DNA from: Parcubacteria group bacterium
GTDB lineage: Bacteria; Patescibacteriota; Minisyncoccia; Phycocordibacterales; UBA2135
Assembly (NCBI GenBank): GCA_016204045.1
Contig: JACQLQ010000001.1
Span: forward strand, 257,792-321,791
Length of the DNA stretch: 64,000 nucleotides
Direction of reading: 5' to 3'
The notes beneath the pieces were generated by a model. It did not search any database, was not told the origin of the DNA, and saw only the letters and a list, made by a program, of their open reading frames with translations. Each line of letters starts with the position of its first letter. Positions within the stretch are counted from its first letter, which is position 1. Below, piece by piece: positions 56,632-64,000 of the stretch. Position numbers and translations under genes: made by a program.

Positions 56632-57270
56632 TTACGCGTGTTTACGCTGCTTTTTGGATAGTGATTGCAGAATAATCCATCTTATGTCAGCTGAAATCTC
56701 CACCTCCTCTCCATGGGGAGTTTCGAACGTGAGTACCTCTACACTCTTTGGGATGTAGCGACGTATGCCGCGAAGCCTGCTTTTCTCGGCTCCGCCGACG
56801 AACTTGCGGAGCGGAGTCTCCACCACGTTGACTCTTTCGTTTGCTGCGTTAACAATCGTTCCCTCGCCAGTAGCAATACCGACATGACCAACCCCATCAT
56901 TGGGGTCAGTATCATAGAGATTGACACATCCTGTAACAAATACTACGTCTCCGGCGGTAATCTCCTCCAGAGCGATGACCTCACCAAGTCGGCGCTGCTC
57001 GATCGCAAGCCGAGGCAGCCAGATACCGCGCTGGGCATAGAGCCACCTGACAAGGCCCGAGCAGTCGACAAACCATGGAGCATCACGCGGCTTTGCATAG
57101 TCACGAAAGCATGATGTTCCGATGCGCTGCCGAGCGAGTGCGACGATATCCACTTCAACCAATGTAAAACCTTTATCGGTAAGCATGGCCAAAGTTTCCT
57201 CACGCGAGAGCGGCAAATGTAGCGAATCGAGGGACACTGCGCAGCGATTTCCGACAGCTCGGTATTCCAT
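56632..57270 (-). CDS. NlpC/P60 (C40) family peptidase
   Basis: The catalytic Cys in DCSGLVRW and the His in GHVGIATG. Confidence 0.7.
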   Translation of the reverse strand: MEYRAVGNRCAVSLDSLHLPLSREETLAMLTDKGFTLVEVDIVALARQRIGTSCFRDYAKPRDAPWFVDCSGLVRWLYAQRGIWLPRLAIEQRRLGEVIALEEITAGDVVFVTGCVNLYDTDPNDGVGHVGIATGEGTIVNAANERVNVVETPLRKFVGGAEKSRLRGIRRYIPKSVEVLTFETPHGEEVEISADIRWIILQSLSKKQRKHA

Positions 57271-57701
57271 TCCTCTCTCCTCTCTGGGTTTCCTTGTGAA
57301 AGAACAAAAATCTGCCCCAGCAGGGCAGATTTCGAGGCTTTGAACATCAAAGCCTGCCCTCTAGGTCAGGAGGTAAAAAGATATGTGGATAAAGCCAGAC
57401 CACGTTGCAATTTGATGATTATGAATCATGGTGTTGAAAGATATAATGTGGACCTACGGGGAATCGGACCCCGACCTCATCCATGCCATGGATGCGTAAT
57501 ACCATTTTACTATAGGCCCTAGTGAGGATTCAAAATGAGAACTTGCTCATATCTTCTCCGAGCGATGGGCCTATATCAATTCTCTCATTGATATAGGCCC
57601 CTTGGGGGAATCCTAACATGTTTCCTGTGGATTTCTCAACTATGATATACTGGTAGAACACTCTAAAAGTTGTTTTACCAGACTTAAGTATAAACATTTT
57701 T

Positions 57702-57938
57702 ATGCAGCACAAGGTAGAGATTTACACGACCCCGACATGCAAGTTTTGTCTTGCGACCAAGGAACTTTTCCAGGAGAACAACATAGAGTACACGGAACAC
57801 GATGTCGCAACTGATATGGAAAGGCGTCAGGAAATGCTTACAAAGAGCGGGCAGGGTGGTGTGCCAGTTATCTTCATTGATGGTCAAATGGTCATCGGTT
57901 TTAACGAGCCAAAGTTAAGAGAACTTCTCGGTATTTAG
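57702..57938 (+). CDS. Glutaredoxin (NrdH/Grx-like)
   Basis: CKFC active site, GGVPVIFIDG, 78 aa. Confidence 0.8.
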   Translation: MQHKVEIYTTPTCKFCLATKELFQENNIEYTEHDVATDMERRQEMLTKSGQGGVPVIFIDGQMVIGFNEPKLRELLGI

Positions 57939-58019
57939 TGAATAGCCTCGAGATGATGGCAAACAAGCGGCGCATTCGTAAGCTGACGGATGTGCTGTTT
58001 TGTGTTAGAGTTTGGGATA

Positions 58020-58091
58020 CCCCCCATAGCTCAACGGATAGAGCAATCCCGTCCTAAGGGAGAGATCCAAGTTCAATTCCTGGTGGGGGGA
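58020..58091 (+). tRNA. tRNA-Arg(CCU)
   Basis: Acceptor ccccccA/Tgggggg, D-arm tagctcaacggatagagc, anticodon loop GTCCTAA. One T-stem mismatch. Confidence 0.7.
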
Positions 58092-58186
58092 TCCGCCACA
58101 GTGTGATACCATCACCAGGAATTGAACAGGAATGGTGTAGAGGAGGAGGTTTGCCCCCGTAGTTTAGGACCCCGTACTAAAAAAAT

Positions 58187-58258
58187 GTCCTCATAGCTCA
58201 ACGGATAGAGCGTAGGCCTCCGAAGCCTGAGATCGAGGTTCGATTCCTCGTGGGGACA
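58187..58258 (+). tRNA. tRNA-Arg(CCG)
   Basis: The same D-arm, anticodon loop CTCCGAA, T-loop TTCGATT. Confidence 0.8.
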
Positions 58259-58369
58259 CTAGGAGTAATGACGGCTTAGTACGGGGTAGGTGCCACTTGA
58301 AACTTTTTATAGGATATGGTATTCGTTGTGTAGGTTTGGCAAGCTCTCGAACACAGGAGGAGAGGGCGT

Positions 58370-58696
58370 ATGGCTCAGCACAAGGCACGCCTAGTAACCA
58401 TTTCAGTCACATCAGGTTCTGTTGCCAAGTTTCTTCAGGGCTTAACTGGGGCAATTGTGCCCGAATATCAAGCCCTGGCGGCGTATCTTGGAGGACACTC
58501 CGGAGAGGCCCAATTTGAGGGAGAGCCGGATAAGGAGCCCAATGGAACCCCAGTGCTTGTGGTCGCAGACGCGCGGTTCCCTGCAGGGAGGCTTCGCATG
58601 GCTGCTTGCGAAGGTGTGTGGAACAGGGCTGTGGGTGTTTGGGAGAAGCCCAATCGACAGACCCTCATCACGCATGGATTCCTGCCGCAAGAATAA
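58370..58696 (+). CDS. Hypothetical protein of 108 aa
   Basis: AGGAGGAG RBS. No family recognised. Confidence 0.4.
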   Translation: MAQHKARLVTISVTSGSVAKFLQGLTGAIVPEYQALAAYLGGHSGEAQFEGEPDKEPNGTPVLVVADARFPAGRLRMAACEGVWNRAVGVWEKPNRQTLITHGFLPQE

Positions 58697-58793
58697 GTTC
58701 ACTTTTTTCGGTCCCGCGGGCGCAAATGCGCTCGCGGGCTTCGTTTTAGGGGCTCCCCCTTTCCCCTTAAATATTGCATGGTATACTCTTGTG

Positions 58794-59072
58794 ATGGATT
58801 CTGAAGATCGAAAATTGTTGCAAAAGATCCAAAAAACAGTGGAGGAAAACAACTCCATGTTGCACAAAATGCGAAGCTCTATGAAGTGGTCCAAGTTCTT
58901 CAGGTCTTTGTATTGGCTCCTCATTATCGGTACATCAGTCGGAGCGTTTTACTATCTCCAGCCTTATGTAGAGCAAATGCAAGAAGCCTATGTCTTGCTT
59001 CGGTCTGGAGTAGGGGGTATACAAGAGATAGGGAACAAACTGCCCGACCTCAATCAATTCATACAGCAATAG
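58794..59072 (+). CDS. Small membrane protein of 92 aa
   Basis: Internal Met of the track ORF 58455-59072. A TGGTATACT -10-like box upstream. A C-terminal TM helix. Confidence 0.4.
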   Translation: MDSEDRKLLQKIQKTVEENNSMLHKMRSSMKWSKFFRSLYWLLIIGTSVGAFYYLQPYVEQMQEAYVLLRSGVGGIQEIGNKLPDLNQFIQQ

Positions 59073-59081
59073 TTCAGATTT

Positions 59082-59153
59082 GCCTGGGTAGCTCAGTGGT
59101 AGAGCGCTGCCCTGAAGAGGCAGGCGTCCGGTGTTCGATTCACCGCCCAGGCA
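59082..59153 (+). tRNA. tRNA-Phe(GAA)
   Basis: Acceptor gcctggg/cccaggc, anticodon loop CTGAAGA, T-loop TTCGATT. Confidence 0.85.
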
Positions 59154-59295
59154 CAACAAATATCACGTCCCTTGGACATGAAATTTGTTTCCAGAACCCA
59201 CGGTTCTAGAAACGCGATGCTACGTGCACTCGCATCGCTTAACTCCTCCACGGGAAAACCGCAGTTTTCCCGGCCCCTTTCACAATGCCTATGCA

Positions 59296-59308
59296 CACCG
59301 CCCAGGCA
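59296..59308 (+). repeat. 13-bp direct repeat of the tRNA-Phe 3' end (caccgcccaggca). Looks like an att-site remnant.
   Basis: Identical 13-mer at 59141-59153 and 59296-59308. Confidence 0.5.
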
Positions 59309-59324
59309 TAATAAAAGAAATCCC

Positions 59325-59352
59325 CGCATCTGCGGGGATTTCTTTTACGCCG
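59325..59352. terminator. Hairpin terminator
   Basis: aaatccccgca-tc-tgcggggattt. Confidence 0.5.
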
Positions 59353-59815
59353 GCTTCACTTTAAGTTTTTGTGTCTTCTTCTTATCAATCTTTGGGAGAC
59401 GTACAGTGAGGAGTCCGTTTTGGAATGACGCCTCCGACTCCTCCACCTCGATTTCCTCTGGGAGGACGATGGTGCGGGAGAATGAACCCCAGTAAAGTTC
59501 CTCAAAGAAGTAGTCATCGCGGGATGCACTCCGTGAGCGCTCGCGCTTTCCTTTGATGGTTACCATGTCCCGGGTAATATTGACGTCCAAGTCGTCAGGC
59601 CTAACCCCCGCCGCCATGGTCTGGATAATGATCTCGGACGGTGTCTGATACATGTCAACCGTAAGCTCGCCCTCGGAGTCGTCTTCTTCGTCCTCCTCGT
59701 CGGCCTCTTCTGTACCTTCGTCTTCGAGTTCAACATCTACCTCTTCTCTTGGAGCATCATCAGGATTTAGGAGGCCTGACATCTTTTCGAAAAATGATGG
59801 TTTGTTTTTGAACAT
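59345..59815 (-). CDS. Hsp20/alpha-crystallin small heat-shock protein with an acidic N-terminal tail
   Basis: An alpha-crystallin domain (GSFSRTIVLPEEIEVEESEASFQNGLLTVRLPK). N-terminal stretch EEADEEDEEDD. Confidence 0.85.
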   Translation of the reverse strand: MFKNKPSFFEKMSGLLNPDDAPREEVDVELEDEGTEEADEEDEEDDSEGELTVDMYQTPSEIIIQTMAAGVRPDDLDVNITRDMVTIKGKRERSRSASRDDYFFEELYWGSFSRTIVLPEEIEVEESEASFQNGLLTVRLPKIDKKKTQKLKVKPA

Positions 59816-59820
59816 AACTG

Positions 59821-60534
59821 TTAGAGACGTGGGCTTCTGATCCGCTTCACTCGTTCAAAGAGATAGACGACGACGAGTGCAGAGAACCACACGATTGCAA
59901 AAATAAGGAAGAGATTACCACCCTCACTAAGAAGTATAGAGAAGTTAAAGGCTGTGTGCAAAATGGCAGCTGTGCATAACCCAAAAAGAAGGGATAGGCG
60001 CTTCACCCATGGCGATTTGTAGAACGCAAAGCCTATGGCGAAGCCGACAGAGGCACTTGCGACGACATGGAGCACTGTTGCCCCAATGAAGCGGAGATTC
60101 CCCATCACGATTCCCGAAAGCGACTCGCCTGCCGCAAGGGGGGAGAGCAAGAAAAGCGTGTTTTCGAGCGCCGCGAAACCAAGCGCGACAGTAACCATGT
60201 AGATGACCGGGTCAATCGTCTCGTCGAGGCACCGACTCTTGTCGATGCACGCTTTACGGAAGGCGATGAAGTAGGCGCCGAAGTATTTTACAAGTTCTTC
60301 GATTGATGCCCACAAGAGAAGGAGAAAAAAGCCTCGGGTGAAGTAGTTGTCAGCAAATTGCTCGAGCACAAGGGCGACTGGCACTGCTATCATACCAGCG
60401 ATGAATGCGAAGAAAATGAGCCGCCCCGGTTCTGGGTGCCATCCGTCTTCCTTGAGCCAAAACCAAAGCCACAGGAGCGCTGGCAGAAGGCCTCCCAAGA
60501 ATGCCCAAATGAATGTAGTTAAAGAAAAATCCAT
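59821..60534 (-). CDS. PrsW-like intramembrane metalloprotease family protein
   Basis: EELVKYF (EExxK), FIGATVLH, and an 8-TM layout. Confidence 0.55.
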   Translation of the reverse strand: MDFSLTTFIWAFLGGLLPALLWLWFWLKEDGWHPEPGRLIFFAFIAGMIAVPVALVLEQFADNYFTRGFFLLLLWASIEELVKYFGAYFIAFRKACIDKSRCLDETIDPVIYMVTVALGFAALENTLFLLSPLAAGESLSGIVMGNLRFIGATVLHVVASASVGFAIGFAFYKSPWVKRLSLLFGLCTAAILHTAFNFSILLSEGGNLFLIFAIVWFSALVVVYLFERVKRIRSPRL

Positions 60535-60550
60535 CCCGTTAATATGTAGC

Positions 60551-62737
60551 CTAGACGGGCCACTTCGATATCATAAGGAGTTCCTCGTCTCTCTCCTTCT
60601 CGGGGAGGAGAGACCAGATCTCTTCCGTTATGAATGGCATGAAAGGGTGAAGAAGTTTGAGGCACCCTACCCAGAGGTGGAGCAAGAGGGCTTCACGTGA
60701 GCGCTTCGCCCCAACGTCGGCGCCTAAGAGTATTGGTTTACTCTCTTCTATTATTTTATCAGCAAATGTGTGCCAGATATAGTGGTAAATCTTTTCCGAA
60801 GCAAGGTGCAGCTGATACGTTTCAAAATTGTCCGTTACCTCTTGTGCGGTTGCGTTGAACTCCTGCAGTAGCTTTTCGTCTTCGGATGCGGAGATCGCCT
60901 CTTTTGACACCGACGAACCTGGACCACTCGAAAACACAAAGCGGGTAATATTCCATGCTTTGTTGGCGAAGTGTTTATATCCTCGTATCTTATCTTCTGA
61001 GAGCGCAACCGTGCCACCCGGGGTGTTTCCCACAGTTAAAGCCATGCGAAAGGCGTCTGCGCCGTATTTTTCGGACATCTCGACGGGGCTAATGACATTC
61101 CCTTTGCTCTTCGACATCTTTTTGCCCTTGTTGTCAGTCACCATACCGTGGAAGTAGACCGTCTTGAAGGGGATGTCCTTGCCCAAGTAGAGGCCAAACA
61201 TGATCATGCGTGGCACCCACTTAAAGACGAGGTCCGAGCCGGTTTCCATGAGGTCGGTTGGGTAGAAGGCCTTAAAGTCAGCCCCGTTAGGATAGCCAAG
61301 CGTTGTAAGTGGCCATTGGCCAGACGAAAACCACGTGTCGAAGGTGTCGGGGTCTGGTGCATATTCCGCATCGCAAAACTCGCACTCAGGTTTTGTCATA
61401 GAGACCACAATACTCTCGCATTTACTTACGTCCTCTTCATGCCCAGGGCGAGGAATGCAGACAGAAGCGTGGAACCACGCTGGGATGGGAATGCCCCACA
61501 CGATTTGCCGCGAGATGTTCCAATCGATAGTGTTGTGCATCCAGTGGAGGAGCACTTTCTTTTGGTGATCGGGCAGAAACGCTATTTTATTTTCTTCTTC
61601 TACCGCCTTGATGACCATTTCTGTGAGTGGTTTCATCTTTACAAACCACTGCGCTCTGATTTGCGGTTCAATGGGTACGTTAGTCCTGCTGTCGATGCGC
61701 ACTGTGTGCTTGTAATGCTCGTCTACTTTCACAAGGAGACCCTTGCTCTTCAGTTTTTCGATAATGAGCGGTCGTGCTTTTTTCCAATGCAAACCAGCAA
61801 AGTCTCCGGCGCTCGGAAGAAGCTTACCGCTGAAGTCGATAATTTGCTCCTTCTCCAGTCCATGGCGTTCGGCAATATCAAAGTCGGTCTGGGAGTGCCA
61901 CGGGGTGATGGTCATGACCCCAGAACCGAACTCCATATCGATTGATTCATCCTTAATCACGGTCGCGGTGATCGGGCCATTGATCCACTCAAGTTCGAAC
62001 GTTTGCCCGTGTTTGTATTCTTTATACCGTGCGTCGTTGGGGTGCATAACGACGTATTTGTCACCAAACTTTGTCTCGGGGCGCACGGTCGCAATAACAA
62101 AGGGGCCGTATTGGAGGAAGTAGAAGGGGTCCTCCTGTTCTATGAACTCCGTCTCAACATCAGAGAGCGATGTCTGGTGCTTTGGGTTCCAGTGAATGAT
62201 GCGCTCACCGCGGTAGATGAGGCCATCTTCGTACATTTTGATAAAGGTCTCTTGCGTGCGTGCAACAACCTTCGGGTCGAGCATGAACGTGTTGCGTGAC
62301 CAGTCGCACGAGGCGCCGAGCTTCCTCACGTCATCTTCCATGTACGCCTTGTTTTCAAGCGTAAAGGCCATGATCTCTTCGTAAAGTTGCTGTGGCGAAA
62401 GGTCGTGGCGAGAGCGGCCCTCTTTTTCGAGCTTTTTCTCAAATACCATCTGTGTTTCAAAACCGGCATGGTCAGAGCCGGGGAGATAGAGCGTTTTCTT
62501 GCCGCGCATTCTTTGGAAGCGGATGATTGCGTCTTTGAGAGCAATATCAAGGCCATGGCCTGCATGTAGACGGCCATTCGCGTTGGGTGGTGGCATCAGG
62601 GTGGAGTAGGGTTCTTGGTGTCGTGCTGGTAGATTGTCAGGGTTGAAAAAACCGCTTTCTTCCCAGCGCTTGTAGATAGCCCCTTCGGTTTCGTTCGGCT
62701 GATAGGGCTTCGTCAGTTTTTCGGGCAAATCCGCCAT
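60551..62737 (-). CDS. valS: Valyl-tRNA synthetase (short form of 728 aa, no C-terminal coiled coil)
   Basis: A HIGH-type PPPNANGRLHAGHG and KMSKSKGN. Confidence 0.9.
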   Translation of the reverse strand: MADLPEKLTKPYQPNETEGAIYKRWEESGFFNPDNLPARHQEPYSTLMPPPNANGRLHAGHGLDIALKDAIIRFQRMRGKKTLYLPGSDHAGFETQMVFEKKLEKEGRSRHDLSPQQLYEEIMAFTLENKAYMEDDVRKLGASCDWSRNTFMLDPKVVARTQETFIKMYEDGLIYRGERIIHWNPKHQTSLSDVETEFIEQEDPFYFLQYGPFVIATVRPETKFGDKYVVMHPNDARYKEYKHGQTFELEWINGPITATVIKDESIDMEFGSGVMTITPWHSQTDFDIAERHGLEKEQIIDFSGKLLPSAGDFAGLHWKKARPLIIEKLKSKGLLVKVDEHYKHTVRIDSRTNVPIEPQIRAQWFVKMKPLTEMVIKAVEEENKIAFLPDHQKKVLLHWMHNTIDWNISRQIVWGIPIPAWFHASVCIPRPGHEEDVSKCESIVVSMTKPECEFCDAEYAPDPDTFDTWFSSGQWPLTTLGYPNGADFKAFYPTDLMETGSDLVFKWVPRMIMFGLYLGKDIPFKTVYFHGMVTDNKGKKMSKSKGNVISPVEMSEKYGADAFRMALTVGNTPGGTVALSEDKIRGYKHFANKAWNITRFVFSSGPGSSVSKEAISASEDEKLLQEFNATAQEVTDNFETYQLHLASEKIYHYIWHTFADKIIEESKPILLGADVGAKRSREALLLHLWVGCLKLLHPFMPFITEEIWSLLPEKERDEELLMISKWPV

Positions 62738-62780
62738 AATTGCTAATCATAACAAAATAAGGGTTATCAAAAAAGCGACC

Positions 62781-63212
62781 TTAGGAGGTCGCTTGCTTTC
62801 CACGAACTTGCTTTGGGCGCACGCAGAAGTGATATTCAATGTCACCCATCCAGACTTTTTCCGGCGCAAAGAAACACTCGAGATCTTCTTTCTCACACCA
62901 TTCAAAAACAATACGCGCACGGCCGGTTAGGTCATTTGCCGTAAGGATGTGTCCGGCATTGAGTTTCTGCCAGAGCTTGTCGACCTTTTCGGGGTCGTTC
63001 CCCGTAATGTCATCCCACGTAACGAAGAAAAGCCGCACTGATTGTTTTGCTTTACTCGCCGCATCTCTAAATAACAAGGGAATGTGATCAATGATTAGCC
63101 CTGCCTCGTTCTCAAAGGACATCTCCTTTTCCTGTGTCTTACGTTGCTTTTCCGCAACGGCATGCGTATCAAGCACCTGTCTCCATAAAGACCCTAGCGT
63201 GTCTTCAATCAT
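62781..63212 (-). CDS. Hypothetical protein
   Basis: ORF with protein-like composition. No family recognised. Confidence 0.45.
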   Translation of the reverse strand: MIEDTLGSLWRQVLDTHAVAEKQRKTQEKEMSFENEAGLIIDHIPLLFRDAASKAKQSVRLFFVTWDDITGNDPEKVDKLWQKLNAGHILTANDLTGRARIVFEWCEKEDLECFFAPEKVWMGDIEYHFCVRPKQVRGKQATS

Positions 63213-63282
63213 ACTCTCTTCCCGACCCTCTCGCTTCTTACAAAAGGGTACTCTCGCCCCAGAAATGTGTCAATAAAATATC

Positions 63283-64000
63283 TTACGAGAGACGGATGTT
63301 GCCGTTTGCGCTGATGGAGTCTAGGGGTTGGATTGCTTTTTCTCCCGTAAGTGAGTGCCTGACCCATGCGGCCACAGCAATCATGAGGGCGTTGTCACCA
63401 GTCAATTCGCGCGGAGCATAGAGGACGCGTACTTCAGGGTTTTGTATCGCCGATTCTTCGATGAGCACTTCCTTGATTCGGTCATTAGCCGAGACACCTC
63501 CACCGACGAGGATGGTTTTTGTGCCATAGTGCTCGGCTGCGGCAAGTGTCTTCTTGACCAACACTTCAGTCGCCGCCTCCTCAAACTCATGGGACATTTC
63601 GCACCTCAGTTCTTCTGTTATCTCTGGAAATTCCTTAAGACGATACAGCACTGCTGTCTTCAACCCAGAAAAAGAGAAGTTGAAATCACCGGAATCAATC
63701 ATTGGTCGAGGCAAAGAAATACTTTTAGCTTTTGGCGTATAGCTTTTGGCTAACCGCGAGATCGCAGGGCCGCCGGGATAGGGGAGCCCCATCATGCGCG
63801 CGGCCTTGTCGAAAGCCTCACCAACAGCATCATCTTTCGTTTGCCCAACGATTTCGTATTTGAGCCAATCGTGTATGAGGACGAGCTCGGTATGTCCACC
63901 CGATATAAGTAGGGCCAATGCGGGAAATTCTAAATTCGAAATTCTAAATTCAAAATTCTTCTCCACCCCTTTTTCTAAAAGTGCGGAGAGCAGGTGTCCT
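63283..64000 (-). CDS. tsaD: tRNA N6-adenosine threonylcarbamoyltransferase TsaD. The N-terminus lies beyond the window end.
   Basis: ALLISGGHTELV, GEAFDKAARMMGLPYPGGPAI, and VGGGVSAN. The frame stays open through to 64000. Confidence 0.85.
   Translation of the reverse strand, partial: GHLLSALLEKGVEKNFEFRISNLEFPALALLISGGHTELVLIHDWLKYEIVGQTKDDAVGEAFDKAARMMGLPYPGGPAISRLAKSYTPKAKSISLPRPMIDSGDFNFSFSGLKTAVLYRLKEFPEITEELRCEMSHEFEEAATEVLVKKTLAAAEHYGTKTILVGGGVSANDRIKEVLIEESAIQNPEVRVLYAPRELTGDNALMIAVAAWVRHSLTGEKAIQPLDSISANGNIRLS
63924..63958. repeat. 14-bp tandem duplication (gaaattctaaattc x2 plus a partial unit) inside the tsaD coding sequence
   Basis: Read directly. It encodes NFEFRISNLEF, an insertion of about 7 aa relative to the usual TsaD PEFPF region. 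Confidence 0.6.

Noticed and set aside
1-64000. CRISPR arrays, transposases or integrases
   Set aside because: No regularly spaced identical repeats of 25-40 bp and no recombinase-like ORF were seen anywhere in the window.

Overview
This 64-kb window looks like the chromosome of a small-genome bacterium with roughly 50-53% GC; the lineage is not determinable from sequence alone. It is densely packed with housekeeping genes: pyrG (3' part), groES-groEL, lepA, valS, tsaD (partial), murJ, RNase J, RNase P RNA, secG, htpX, gdh, nth, hsp20, and seven tRNAs (Gln, Ser, Gly, Arg x2, Phe). Four things stand out against that background.

- **High-GC stress/defence island (about 1.7-6.7 kb).** It has roughly 62-66% GC and encodes a tellurite-resistance-type Ter module (TerB, TerB, small membrane protein, TerC, TerD, vWA/TerY-like). 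Terminators flank it and a tRNA-Gln lies about 0.8 kb away.
- **Coherent NAD salvage regulon.** The order is nadM-nrtR-pncA-pncB-nadE. GTGTA-N5-TACAC palindromes overlap the nadM -10 box and sit upstream of pncA; these are candidate NrtR operators.
- **A conserved ~110-130-nt leader element in two copies.** Each copy has long inverted arms whose 3' arm ends in the shared motif TCTAACGGGATGRAAC (start codon inside). The loops share the motif TAATTCTRAG..GGGGARCG. This looks like a paired cis-regulatory RNA and is the most interesting signal in the window.
- **Several heavily structured intergenic regions** at 26.2, 50.6 and 57.4 kb that may be small RNAs.

Other oddities are listed as findings, including the RGG-tailed RNase J, an Nth without Fe-S cysteines, tandem membrane-protein paralogs, a divergent ClpP, an att-like tRNA-Phe duplication and a 14-bp tandem repeat inside tsaD. 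No CRISPR array, transposase or integrase was seen. All calls are made by eye from the sequence and the ORF track; no searches were run.
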